A stretch of 64,000 bases of DNA, from contig PCXL01000011.1 of the NCBI GenBank assembly GCA_002787695.1, positions 61,155-125,154 on the forward strand, read 5' to 3'. This stretch comes from Candidatus Zambryskibacteria bacterium CG10_big_fil_rev_8_21_14_0_10_42_12 (lineage in GTDB: Bacteria; Patescibacteriota; Minisyncoccia; Phycocordibacterales; 1-14-0-10-42-12). The position numbers were made by a program, and so were the translations under genes. Numbering within the stretch: the first letter of the stretch is position 1; each line of letters opens with the position of its first letter. The notes beneath the pieces are model-generated. The model searched no databases. It had not been told where the DNA came from and was given only the letters and a program-made list of their open reading frames with translations. Shown piece after piece: positions 43,745 to 52,228 of the stretch.

Positions 43745-46423
43745 ATGCCACCATTTGGAAATTTCACAACTAAAGCAAAAGAAGCAATTAAACGAGCTCA
43801 TGAGCTTGCTATTGAACGTGGACAAAACCACGTAAACCAGCTTCATCTCCTAGCCTCATTATTGCTCCAGGATGAAAGCATGGTTATTTCTGTTCTTGAT
43901 CGATTAGAAATAGACACGGTACTACTCTCTGATGTAACGGTAGAAAGTATTGAGACACCAGATGCGGGTGGAACGCTGTCTCCTTCATACCAGATTTATC
44001 TCACGCCAGAACTGGCACACACGATCGAACATTCAGCAAAGGTGGCGCGCGAGATGGGAGATGAGTTTGTCTCAACCGAGCACTTGTTCCTCGCTATCCT
44101 TGATGTGAAAGGTCCTGCTACAGAAGTTCTTGCAAAGTTTAAGATCGAACGATCTGATGTACTTCGTCTCATCAATGAGATCAAGCATAGTCGCGAAGCA
44201 GAGGTTCCTCAGCAAAAGAAATTTAAATTTCTTGCAAAATTCACACGAAATCTTACGAAGCTTGCATTGCAAAACAAACTTGATCCGGTCATTGGTCGCG
44301 ATGAAGAAATTTCTCGTATCATTCAGATTCTTTCTCGTCGTACCAAAAACAATCCTATTTTAATTGGTGAAGCTGGTGTTGGAAAAACAGCAATTGTTGA
44401 AGGGCTCGCTATTCGCATGGCGACAGGCGACGTGCCAGAGTCACTCAAAAATAAAGAACTCGTTTCTCTCGATCTCGGACTTTTGATTGCTGGAACAAAA
44501 TATCGTGGAGAATTTGAAGAGCGACTCAAAAATATCTTGAAAGAAATCGAACGCGCTGACGGCAACATCATCATATTTATCGATGAGATTCATACGATTG
44601 TTGGTGCAGGATCTGCAGAAGGGTCAATCGATGCTTCAAATATGCTCAAACCGCCACTGGCTCGTGGAGAACTCCGAGCTATTGGTGCAACAACTATAAA
44701 AGAATATCAGCAACACATCGAAAAGGATCCGGCGCTCACGCGTCGTTTTCAGCCCGTGTTTGTCGAGGAACCTTCTCTTGATGACGCAGTGACAATCATG
44801 CGTGGTCTCAAAGAACGATACGAGCTCTATCATGGTGTACGTATTACAGATGATGCAATTGTCGCTTCCGTACATCTTTCCAGTCGTTACATCGCAGACC
44901 GATTCTTGCCTGATAAAGCAGTTGATCTTATTGATGAAGCAGCATCTCACCTCAAGATCTCTCTTGAGAGTATGCCCGCTGAACTTGAAGAAACGCACTC
45001 AAAGATTGTGAAGCTTGAAATAGAAAGAGAAGCTTTGAATCAGGAAGTGAGTGCATCTACGCGTAACGCAAAAGCAAAAAAACGCATTAAAGAAATCGAA
45101 CAAGAAATCGCTGATCTCCGAGAAACGACGAGTGAGCTTGAGATGCGTTGGAAAACAGAAAAAGAAATCGTAACTGATATTAAGTCTGTAAAAAAACAAC
45201 TTGATGAACTTCGCATTGAAGCTGAGGGGGCAGAAGCGCAGGCTGATCTTTCACGCGCCGCAGAGATTCGTTATGGAAAAATTCCAACCCTCGAGAAAGA
45301 ACTTGATCAAAATACCAAACGTCTTAAAACACTTCAGAAATCACGTCGCATTTTGAAAGAAGAAATTACGGAACAAGATATTGCGGACATTGTCTCACGA
45401 TGGACCGGGATTCCTGTTTCTCGCATGCTCGAAGAAGAAGCTGAGCGACTTCAAAAAATGGAAGACGAACTCAAGAAGCGCGTTGTAGGACAAGGTGAGG
45501 CCGTGTCGCGAATCGCGGATACTATCCGACGTTCACGTGTGGGAATTTCTGATCCAAATAGACCAATCGGCTCATTCATCTTCCTGGGACCAACTGGTGT
45601 TGGTAAAACAGAACTCACGAAAGCACTTGCCGAGTTTATGTTTGACGACGAAAAAGCACTTGTCCGCGTAGACATGTCTGAGTTTATGGAGAAGCATTCG
45701 GTTTCTAAACTGATTGGTTCACCTCCTGGATATGTGGGACATGACGAAGGAAGTGCGTTTGCAGAGAAGATTCGCCATCGACCATATTCTGTCGTTCTCT
45801 TTGATGAGATCGAAAAAGCTCATCCTGAAGTATTCAATGTATTGCTTCAAGTTCTTGATGACGGTCGTCTTACCGATGGAAAGGGACGTGTGATTAACTT
45901 CAAAAACGCTATCATCATTATGACCTCAAATATTGGTGCACAGTATATTGATAAAATGGAAAAGATTGGGTTCCATGGTGGCAGTGAAGCTGAAAAATAT
46001 GCAGACATGAAGGAGAAGGTGCTTGAAGCGCTCAAAGACCATTTCCGTCCAGAATTCATTAACCGTCTCGATGAAGTCATTGTCTTTGATGTCCTCGCAC
46101 CAGAGGTGATTAGCGATATCGTACATATTCAGATTGATGAAGTGAAGAAGCGATTGCTCGAAAAAGAAATTACATTGAAGCTTACTGATGAAGCACTCAA
46201 GGAACTCGGTAAGCAAGGATACAACCCAGAGTTCGGTGCACGTCCCTTGAAACGATTGATTCAGACAAAGATTCTCAATCATGCTGCGTCACTTATTATT
46301 TCAAAAGGAATTCAGCGCGGTGGTGAGATTATGGTTGATTGGAAAAATAATGAGTTTGTCTTTGAAGTGAAGAAGGGGAGGAAGGGGAGTATCTTGAAGA
46401 AGGCATTGGTGGAGACGGTGTAA
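43745..46423 (+). CDS. clpB: ATP-dependent chaperone ClpB
   Basis: Two AAA+ modules ([15 protein letters not shown]; [15 protein letters not shown]) and a long middle coiled-coil domain. Confidence 0.95.
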   Translation: MPPFGNFTTKAKEAIKRAHELAIERGQNHVNQLHLLASLLLQDESMVISVLDRLEIDTVLLSDVTVESIETPDAGGTLSPSYQIYLTPELAHTIEHSAKVAREMGDEFVSTEHLFLAILDVKGPATEVLAKFKIERSDVLRLINEIKHSREAEVPQQKKFKFLAKFTRNLTKLALQNKLDPVIGRDEEISRIIQILSRRTKNNPILIGEAGVGKTAIVEGLAIRMATGDVPESLKNKELVSLDLGLLIAGTKYRGEFEERLKNILKEIERADGNIIIFIDEIHTIVGAGSAEGSIDASNMLKPPLARGELRAIGATTIKEYQQHIEKDPALTRRFQPVFVEEPSLDDAVTIMRGLKERYELYHGVRITDDAIVASVHLSSRYIADRFLPDKAVDLIDEAASHLKISLESMPAELEETHSKIVKLEIEREALNQEVSASTRNAKAKKRIKEIEQEIADLRETTSELEMRWKTEKEIVTDIKSVKKQLDELRIEAEGAEAQADLSRAAEIRYGKIPTLEKELDQNTKRLKTLQKSRRILKEEITEQDIADIVSRWTGIPVSRMLEEEAERLQKMEDELKKRVVGQGEAVSRIADTIRRSRVGISDPNRPIGSFIFLGPTGVGKTELTKALAEFMFDDEKALVRVDMSEFMEKHSVSKLIGSPPGYVGHDEGSAFAEKIRHRPYSVVLFDEIEKAHPEVFNVLLQVLDDGRLTDGKGRVINFKNAIIIMTSNIGAQYIDKMEKIGFHGGSEAEKYADMKEKVLEALKDHFRPEFINRLDEVIVFDVLAPEVISDIVHIQIDEVKKRLLEKEITLKLTDEALKELGKQGYNPEFGARPLKRLIQTKILNHAASLIISKGIQRGGEIMVDWKNNEFVFEVKKGRKGSILKKALVETV

Positions 46424-46470
46424 AATTCATACGAAGTAACGAATAAATACACAAATTGCTACGAAAAAAC

Positions 46471-46499
46471 AAAAACCGCCTGAGGCGGTTTTTGTTTTG
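46471..46499 (+). terminator. Rho-independent terminator after clpB
   Basis: AACCGCC-TGAG-GGCGGTT followed by TTTTGTTTT. Confidence 0.7.
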
Positions 46500-46624
46500 G
46501 TGCGCCGGGAAGGACTGCGAACACCTTGGAAACCCACAAACCGGGAAGGATTCGCCCCACATTTTATTTATAGAAACAAAACTGTTAACATTAATACTCA
46601 ACAGGTCAATTGTGAAATATAAGA

Positions 46625-47431
46625 ATGGCTAGACGCTGGACAAAAGAAGAAGAGAAGTATTATCGAGATGAATTAGTAAATTTATATTACTCCAAAAACT
46701 TGAGCATGCATGAGGTAGCAAAGGTTTTGAATATAAAATCAGCTACGGTTTTTGATAGATTGCGCCGGTTACGTATTAACACGGTGCCTCATCTTAAGAA
46801 GGGTTATCGAAACGTTCGCAAAGATATTCGTATCCCAGATTGTCATGATGCAAATTTGGCAGAATTTTTTGGCATCATGTTGGGCGACGGCCACCTTTCT
46901 CATTTTCAAGTAACCGTAACATTGGGAACAAAAGAATATGTGTATGTGCAATATGTAAAAAAGTTAATGGAAAAAATTTTTAAAGTGCCAGTTAAAATCT
47001 CAGAAAGGAAGTTTAAGCGAACGGATAATAAGCATTATACTGTTTATTTTGGTTCAACCGTAACGAGTCAGTGGTTAAAAACTGAGGGTTTAGTAGAAAA
47101 TAAAGTGAAAAATCAAGTCGATGTTCCAAAGTGGATATTTGAAAATAATATATTCATGGAAAGATTTTTAAGAGGGTTTTTTGATACTGATGGATCGGTT
47201 TATAAATTGAGGCACGGCATACAAATTGGACTAACAAACCGTTCACTACCGATGCTGAAATCTTTACAATTGATGCTAAAAACACTAGAATACAGGACGT
47301 CTGAAATCAGTGGTTTTCGCTTGTATATAACAAAGAAGCAGGATCTAAAAAGGTTTTTTAAAGAGATTAAACCGAAAAATCCAAAACATACTGCCAGATT
47401 TCAGGAATATCTCAATGCGTCAGTCGCATAG
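46625..47431 (+). CDS. LAGLIDADG homing endonuclease (double-motif) with N-terminal HTH; 3' end overlaps tRNA-Tyr by 15 nt
   Basis: Two LAGLIDADG motifs, LAEFFGIMLGDGHLS and FLRGFFDTDGSVY. N-terminal LSMHEVAKVLNIKSATVFDRLRRL is HTH-like. AT-rich. The stop codon TAG lies inside the tRNA-Tyr acceptor/D region. Confidence 0.8.
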   Translation: MARRWTKEEEKYYRDELVNLYYSKNLSMHEVAKVLNIKSATVFDRLRRLRINTVPHLKKGYRNVRKDIRIPDCHDANLAEFFGIMLGDGHLSHFQVTVTLGTKEYVYVQYVKKLMEKIFKVPVKISERKFKRTDNKHYTVYFGSTVTSQWLKTEGLVENKVKNQVDVPKWIFENNIFMERFLRGFFDTDGSVYKLRHGIQIGLTNRSLPMLKSLQLMLKTLEYRTSEISGFRLYITKKQDLKRFFKEIKPKNPKHTARFQEYLNASVA

Positions 47432-47500
47432 TGGCAATTGCACGAGACTGTAAATCTCGCGGCCTTTTGGCCTACGGGGGTTCGAGTCCCTCCTGGCGCA
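47417..47500 (+). tRNA. tRNA-Tyr (anticodon GTA), type II
   Basis: GCGTCAGTCGCATAGTGGCAATTGCACGAGACTGTAAATCTCGCGGCCTTTTGGCCTACGGGGGTTCGAGTCCCTCCTGGCGCA. Confidence 0.8.
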
Positions 47501-47568
47501 CAATAAAGTAAAACAGCTCGCAAGGAGCTGTTTTACTTTGTATTGCTCTGTTTGGTATATTTAATCCT

Positions 47569-48435
47569 ATGTCAGAATCATACTGTTTTCTAAACGGAAA
47601 GATTATCCCTGAAAAGGATGCATCACTACCTCTTTCAGACATCGGAATTTTGCGGGCATTTTCTGTCTATGACGGCATTGCGTCATTTGAGGGTAAACCA
47701 TTTCTTTTTCAAAATCATTACGAAAGGTTTGTGCGATCGGCTACTGCGCTCGGTATAGCTATTCCATACAGTAATGAAGAACTCTATGAGGCACTCTGCG
47801 AAATGCTACAAAAGTCTCACCTAACTGAGCGTGCAAATATTCGCGCGGTTGCAACTGGAGGTACGACTATCGCGGGTATTGAATTTAAACCAGAAAACAG
47901 CACTATATTTTTTACAGCAGTAAATTTTGTACCATTGCCGAAAGAATTTTACGAGACGGGTGCAAAACTTATCACCCATGAGTACAAACGAGAATTTCCA
48001 GAATATAAAACAGTAAACTATATCACTGGTGTACTTCTACAAAAACGAAGAAAGGAAGCGGGAGCAGTGGAAATACTTTATGTGAAAGACGGACACGTAT
48101 ACGAATGTGCAACCAGCAATATTTTTATTGTGAAGAATGGCGAACTCGTTACTCCGCACAAAGACGTGCTTCCGGGGATTACAAAGAAACTTGTCTGTGT
48201 ATTAGCGATGAAAGAAGGGATTGTTTGTAGAGAAGGAGACGTATCGGTCGATGATCTATTTGCTGCTGAAGAGGTATTTATTACCTCCAGTTTCAAAGAT
48301 ATTGTGCCTATTGTGGAGATAGATGGAAAGATGATTAAAGACGGAAAAAAAGGTTTAAAAACGAGGCAGATTATGAGTTTGGTTCAGAATTATCTTGATT
48401 CGCGACAGGGACTTGATCTCCAAACCAGAGTGTAG
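47569..48435 (+). CDS. Class IV (fold type IV) PLP aminotransferase (branched-chain amino acid / D-amino acid aminotransferase family)
   Basis: GILRAFSVYDG, EVFITSS, about 290 aa. Confidence 0.75.
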   Translation: MSESYCFLNGKIIPEKDASLPLSDIGILRAFSVYDGIASFEGKPFLFQNHYERFVRSATALGIAIPYSNEELYEALCEMLQKSHLTERANIRAVATGGTTIAGIEFKPENSTIFFTAVNFVPLPKEFYETGAKLITHEYKREFPEYKTVNYITGVLLQKRRKEAGAVEILYVKDGHVYECATSNIFIVKNGELVTPHKDVLPGITKKLVCVLAMKEGIVCREGDVSVDDLFAAEEVFITSSFKDIVPIVEIDGKMIKDGKKGLKTRQIMSLVQNYLDSRQGLDLQTRV

Positions 48436-48630
48436 TAAAGTATGCGAGAACTTTTTTCGAAAATAATAGGCTAAGCAAGTCTGAAAATTTTGAGAAAAAA
48501 ATAGAGGATGAGGAGGGAGTTCTAGCACCGCTAAAACAACTGACGAAACACGATTTTTTGCCAAAATTTTCAGGTTTGATTGTCTAAGATTTATTTGGTT
48601 ATTTTCGAGAGAAGTTCTAAACACAAAATT

Positions 48631-48804
48631 ATGTCACAGGATAGACTCATAAAACTTGTTACGAAAGGCGACGAAAAAGGCGTGGGCAAAGGTCACACGT
48701 ACTATACCTTTAAGAATAAGAAAAAAGTTGAACGCAAAATCGAGCTCAAAAAATATAACCCAATCGCTCGAAAGCACACCGTTTACAAGGAAGCAAAGAA
48801 ATAA
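48631..48804 (+). CDS. rpmG: 50S ribosomal protein L33
   Basis: [33 protein letters not shown]. Followed by the terminator AAACCCCAGACATGGGGTTTTGTTT. Confidence 0.75.
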   Translation: MSQDRLIKLVTKGDEKGVGKGHTYYTFKNKKKVERKIELKKYNPIARKHTVYKEAKK

Positions 48805-48839
48805 ACAAAACCCCAGACATGGGGTTTTGTTTATACTAG

Positions 48840-48911
48840 CGGGTCCACGAGGACTCGAACCTCGAACTTCGGTTTTGGAGACCGACGTTTTACCATTGAA
48901 ACTATAGACCC
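48840..48911 (-). tRNA. tRNA-Trp (anticodon CCA)
   Basis: Minus strand GGGTCTATAGTTTCAATGGTAAAACGTCGGTCTCCAAAACCGAAGTTCGAGGTTCGAGTCCTCGTGGACCCG. Confidence 0.85.
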
Positions 48912-48927
48912 TGACGGCCCGAGTATA

Positions 48928-49824
48928 TCACAAACGGATTAGATTGAGGATCTTGGCGATTTCATTTTTTTCAATCCATTTAATCTCCTTATTCCTCTTA
49001 AACCACGTCATTTGGCGCTTGGCATAATCGACAATAGCTTTTTCAAGCTGAACAATCATTTTTTCTTTTGATATTTTGTTTTGAAGATAATCGGCGAGGT
49101 ACCTGTATTCAAGCCCGAGTTCACGCATGCGTTTGTATGACAATCTATTCTCATGAAGTCGTTGTGCTTCAGTAACCATACCCTTTTTCATACGAGAAAT
49201 GAGGCGATCGTGGATGCGTTTTTTGAGTTCTTCTGGTTCCGACTTAATACCAATCCATGTGACATCATAAGGAACGTTATTTTTTTGCTTGGGAACTTTA
49301 CCAAGAGATTTTACTATCTCAATAGCACGTATGAGGCGTACTTTATTATGGTGGTCTATTGTTTGTGCGCGCTCCGGATCAAGTTTTTTGAGTGTTTCAA
49401 AAAGTTTTTCAGTACTTTGTTTTTGTAGTTCGTTGCGCAGTTTTTTGTTCGGCAAGACTTCGGGGAATGTTTGACCTAAAAGGAGTGCATCAATATAAAA
49501 ACCAGTGCCTCCGCACACAATTGGTGCCTTACTACGATCAAGAATATTCGTAATGGTTTTGTTTGCATCACGCGTAAACTGTGCAACGGTGTATGTTTTT
49601 TTGGGATCTGTCACATCAAGTAGGTGGTGTGGAACGCCTCGCATTTCGCGTTTTGTTATTTTTCCAGTGCCAATATCAAGTCCTTTGTATACTTGGCGAG
49701 AGTCTGCAGAAATTACCTCACCTCCAATTTTTTGAGCAAGCAAAACCGCGAGATCACTCTTGCCGGATGCAGTCGGTCCGACAATCGCAATTACTCGCGG
49801 TCTTGTTTTTTTCTTGAGAGCCAT
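48928..49824 (-). CDS. miaA: tRNA dimethylallyltransferase
   Basis: VIAIVGPTASGKSDLAV (P-loop), DSRQVYKGLDIGTGK. Confidence 0.9.
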   Translation of the reverse strand: MALKKKTRPRVIAIVGPTASGKSDLAVLLAQKIGGEVISADSRQVYKGLDIGTGKITKREMRGVPHHLLDVTDPKKTYTVAQFTRDANKTITNILDRSKAPIVCGGTGFYIDALLLGQTFPEVLPNKKLRNELQKQSTEKLFETLKKLDPERAQTIDHHNKVRLIRAIEIVKSLGKVPKQKNNVPYDVTWIGIKSEPEELKKRIHDRLISRMKKGMVTEAQRLHENRLSYKRMRELGLEYRYLADYLQNKISKEKMIVQLEKAIVDYAKRQMTWFKRNKEIKWIEKNEIAKILNLIRL

Positions 49825-49831
49825 TTAGGAA

Positions 49832-50770
49832 TTAATTATATGTGGGTGCAGGCGCGTATGTGGGAGCAGATGTATAAGCTGGTGCATCTCCGTAACTTGG
49901 TGCGGACGTATATGCAGGAGCGCTACCGTACGCTGGTGCTGACTGATAGTCCGGAGTAGATCCATATGTAGGTGCGCCACTGTATGTTGGGGCATTATCG
50001 GACGTTCGCGCATTGCTGTATGCTGGCGCATCTCCATATGTTGGCGCGGTGCCATAGTTGGGAGCATCATCGTATGTAGAAGCATTTCCGTAGGTTGGAG
50101 CAGTATTGTATGTTGGACCGTCTGAATAAGATGGTGCTTCGCCGTATGCTGGAGCACTACCATAACGAGGAGTATTGCCGTAACTCGGTGCTGATTGGTA
50201 GGATGGAGCGTTGCCATAAGAAGGCGCATTTCTATAGTCTGGTGCGTTATCATATGATGGTGCACGACGGTACGATCCGCTATTTCGATACGATGATGTA
50301 CGTGAATATTGCACATTCTTGTATCGAGGCGCTGACTCATAAGCCGGAGCGTCTTCATACGCAATTGATTCGTACGAGTCTACTTTTTCGTATGTTTGTG
50401 TTCGTGTTTCATTTCCTTCACGATTTGTTGCTTCATCGAATGCAGCAACTGCTTCTTCTCTGAAATAGCCGTCTGCTATAAAACGAGGATCAAGAGATTG
50501 TTTCGCCCAAAATTCTGGACAGTCTGGGTCGTCCATATCAATAAGGCCGTCGCCGTCGTTGTCTGATGCATCGGCGCATTTTGGACAGTCGATATCTTCA
50601 AGGTCGGCATATCCATCGCCGTCGTTGTCTATACCATCAAAACACATAGCATAAAGTGGGGCAGGATAGGGCAGTGTGTCGTTTGGAATTTCGGCAATAA
50701 CTAAAGACGGCACTATGACAGAAAGTGCTAAAAATGAGCTAAAAACCTTATTCTTTAGGCTTAATTTCAT
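49832..50770 (-). CDS. Secreted protein with Ca-binding-like DxDxDG motifs and a long C-terminal Tyr/Pro/Ala hexapeptide tandem repeat (xAPxYG)n
   Basis: Signal peptide. DGIDNDGDGYADLEDIDC and DNDGDGLIDMDDPDC. About 30 consecutive hexamers such as NAPSYG, SAPSYG, TAPTYG, DAPAYS. Confidence 0.6.
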   Translation of the reverse strand: MKLSLKNKVFSSFLALSVIVPSLVIAEIPNDTLPYPAPLYAMCFDGIDNDGDGYADLEDIDCPKCADASDNDGDGLIDMDDPDCPEFWAKQSLDPRFIADGYFREEAVAAFDEATNREGNETRTQTYEKVDSYESIAYEDAPAYESAPRYKNVQYSRTSSYRNSGSYRRAPSYDNAPDYRNAPSYGNAPSYQSAPSYGNTPRYGSAPAYGEAPSYSDGPTYNTAPTYGNASTYDDAPNYGTAPTYGDAPAYSNARTSDNAPTYSGAPTYGSTPDYQSAPAYGSAPAYTSAPSYGDAPAYTSAPTYAPAPTYN

Positions 50771-50821
50771 ATTAGTATATTATAACACTTAATATTATGA
50801 AAATCAAGTGAATCAGGATTT

Positions 50822-50867
50822 GTATTGTATGTGCCACGCGAGGGAATTGAACCCTCATGGATCACTC
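50822..50867 (-). pseudogene. 3'-half fragment of a tRNA-Leu-like gene (variable arm, T-arm, acceptor 3' strand only)
   Basis: Minus strand GATCGTGTGGAGTGATCCATGAGGGTTCAATTCCCTCGCGTGGCA is about 75% identical to the 3' half of the adjacent tRNA-Leu(CAA). No 5' half is present. Confidence 0.6.
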
Positions 50868-50899
50868 CACACGATCTGCTTCAGGCTTTGAAAACACGG

Positions 50900-50981
50900 T
50901 GCTGGGAGGGAGAATCGAACTCCCATGGATTGCTCCACACGATTTTGAGTCGTGCGCGTCTACCAATTCCGCCACCCCAGC
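50900..50981 (-). tRNA. tRNA-Leu (anticodon CAA), type II
   Basis: Minus strand GCTGGGGTGGCGGAATTGGTAGACGCGCACGACTCAAAATCGTGTGGAGCAATCCATGGGAGTTCGATTCTCCCTCCCAGCA. Confidence 0.85.
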
Positions 50982-51075
50982 ATGCGCGTTTAGTCTAGCG
51001 CAGAAGGATATTCTTCTCAACATTTTTGAGTCTAGAGATCTTTCCCGTATAATGACAGAGTAACTTAAAACAGGC

Positions 51076-52071
51076 ATGTCACATTTCTTTCAAGATTCAG
51101 TATTTTGGGTTGAGCTCGATAAGATAAAACCCAATCCATATCAGCCGCGTCGTGAATTTGATGAAGCGGAACTCAAGAGTCTCGCAGACTCTATTCGTCA
51201 GTACGGTCTTTTGCAAGCGCTTGTGGTAACGCGTACAGAGGTTCCGCGTGAAGATGGTGGACTTGCAGTTGAATACGAACTTATTGCTGGCGAGCGACGA
51301 CTCCGGGCTTCTAAAATTGCAGGACTTTCTCAGGTTCCGGTTCTTATTAAATCTGGTGAAGAGAGCGGACTCATGAAGCTTGAGCTTGCCATTATTGAAA
51401 ACGTACAACGAGAAGATCTGAATGCAGTTGATCGAGCACGCGCTTTTGATCGGTTGGCTTCAGAATTTGGACTAAAACATGTCGATATTGCAAAAAAGAT
51501 TGGTAAAAGTCGAGAATATGTATCAAACACGATGCGCATCTTGGCTCTTCCAGATGACATGCTCTCAGCACTTGCAGAAGGACAGATTGCAGAAGGTCAC
51601 ACGCGGCCACTCTTGATGCTCATTGAGCGTCCTGATGAACAAAGAACATTGTTTAAAGAAATTATTCACAAAAAAATGCCGGTGCGTGAAGCGGAACTTA
51701 TAGCGCGCGGTATTGCGTTTGAACGTGCACGAAAAAGAGAGTCTCTTAATGACCCGGAGATTGCAACGCTGGAACATCAGCTCTCAGAGTCACTCGGGAC
51801 ACGTGTTAAAATTGAAGCAAAAGAGAAAGGGGGCAAGATTCATATCGACTATTTTTCACCAGATGATCTGCGATTTATTCTTGAGGCACTTAAAAATCGA
51901 GAAAAAAGAGGAGAACACGGCATGCTCAACGACCATATTGCAAAAGTTGGAGATCAGGAATCACAAAGTGACGGCGAGCATCCACGGAATGTTTCTTTTG
52001 AACCTGAAGAGAAAAAAGAACAGGATTTTGACACCGATGATATGTATTCAATCTCGAATTTTTCTGTATAA
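51076..52071 (+). CDS. parB: ParB/Spo0J-family partition protein (no parA in window)
   Basis: LIAGERRLRASKIAG (ParB box II region), followed by an HTH and an acidic C-terminal tail. Confidence 0.8.
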   Translation: MSHFFQDSVFWVELDKIKPNPYQPRREFDEAELKSLADSIRQYGLLQALVVTRTEVPREDGGLAVEYELIAGERRLRASKIAGLSQVPVLIKSGEESGLMKLELAIIENVQREDLNAVDRARAFDRLASEFGLKHVDIAKKIGKSREYVSNTMRILALPDDMLSALAEGQIAEGHTRPLLMLIERPDEQRTLFKEIIHKKMPVREAELIARGIAFERARKRESLNDPEIATLEHQLSESLGTRVKIEAKEKGGKIHIDYFSPDDLRFILEALKNREKRGEHGMLNDHIAKVGDQESQSDGEHPRNVSFEPEEKKEQDFDTDDMYSISNFSV

Positions 52072-52109
52072 TATATGAGGATCAACAGATTCGCGCTTCC
52101 TTCATGGGT

Positions 52110-52148
52110 GGTGGCAAGTTGTCGGGGGACGCTTGCCACCTATTTTTA
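52110..52148 (+). terminator. Rho-independent terminator after parB
   Basis: GGTGGCAAG...CTTGCCACC plus TATTTTTA. Confidence 0.6.
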
Positions 52149-52228
52149 ATGAGTGATATGATAAATCAGTCGGTGCAATGCCGACCATTAGGTCCGGGTC
52201 CCGCGCTACGCTCCACACACCCCCGGAC

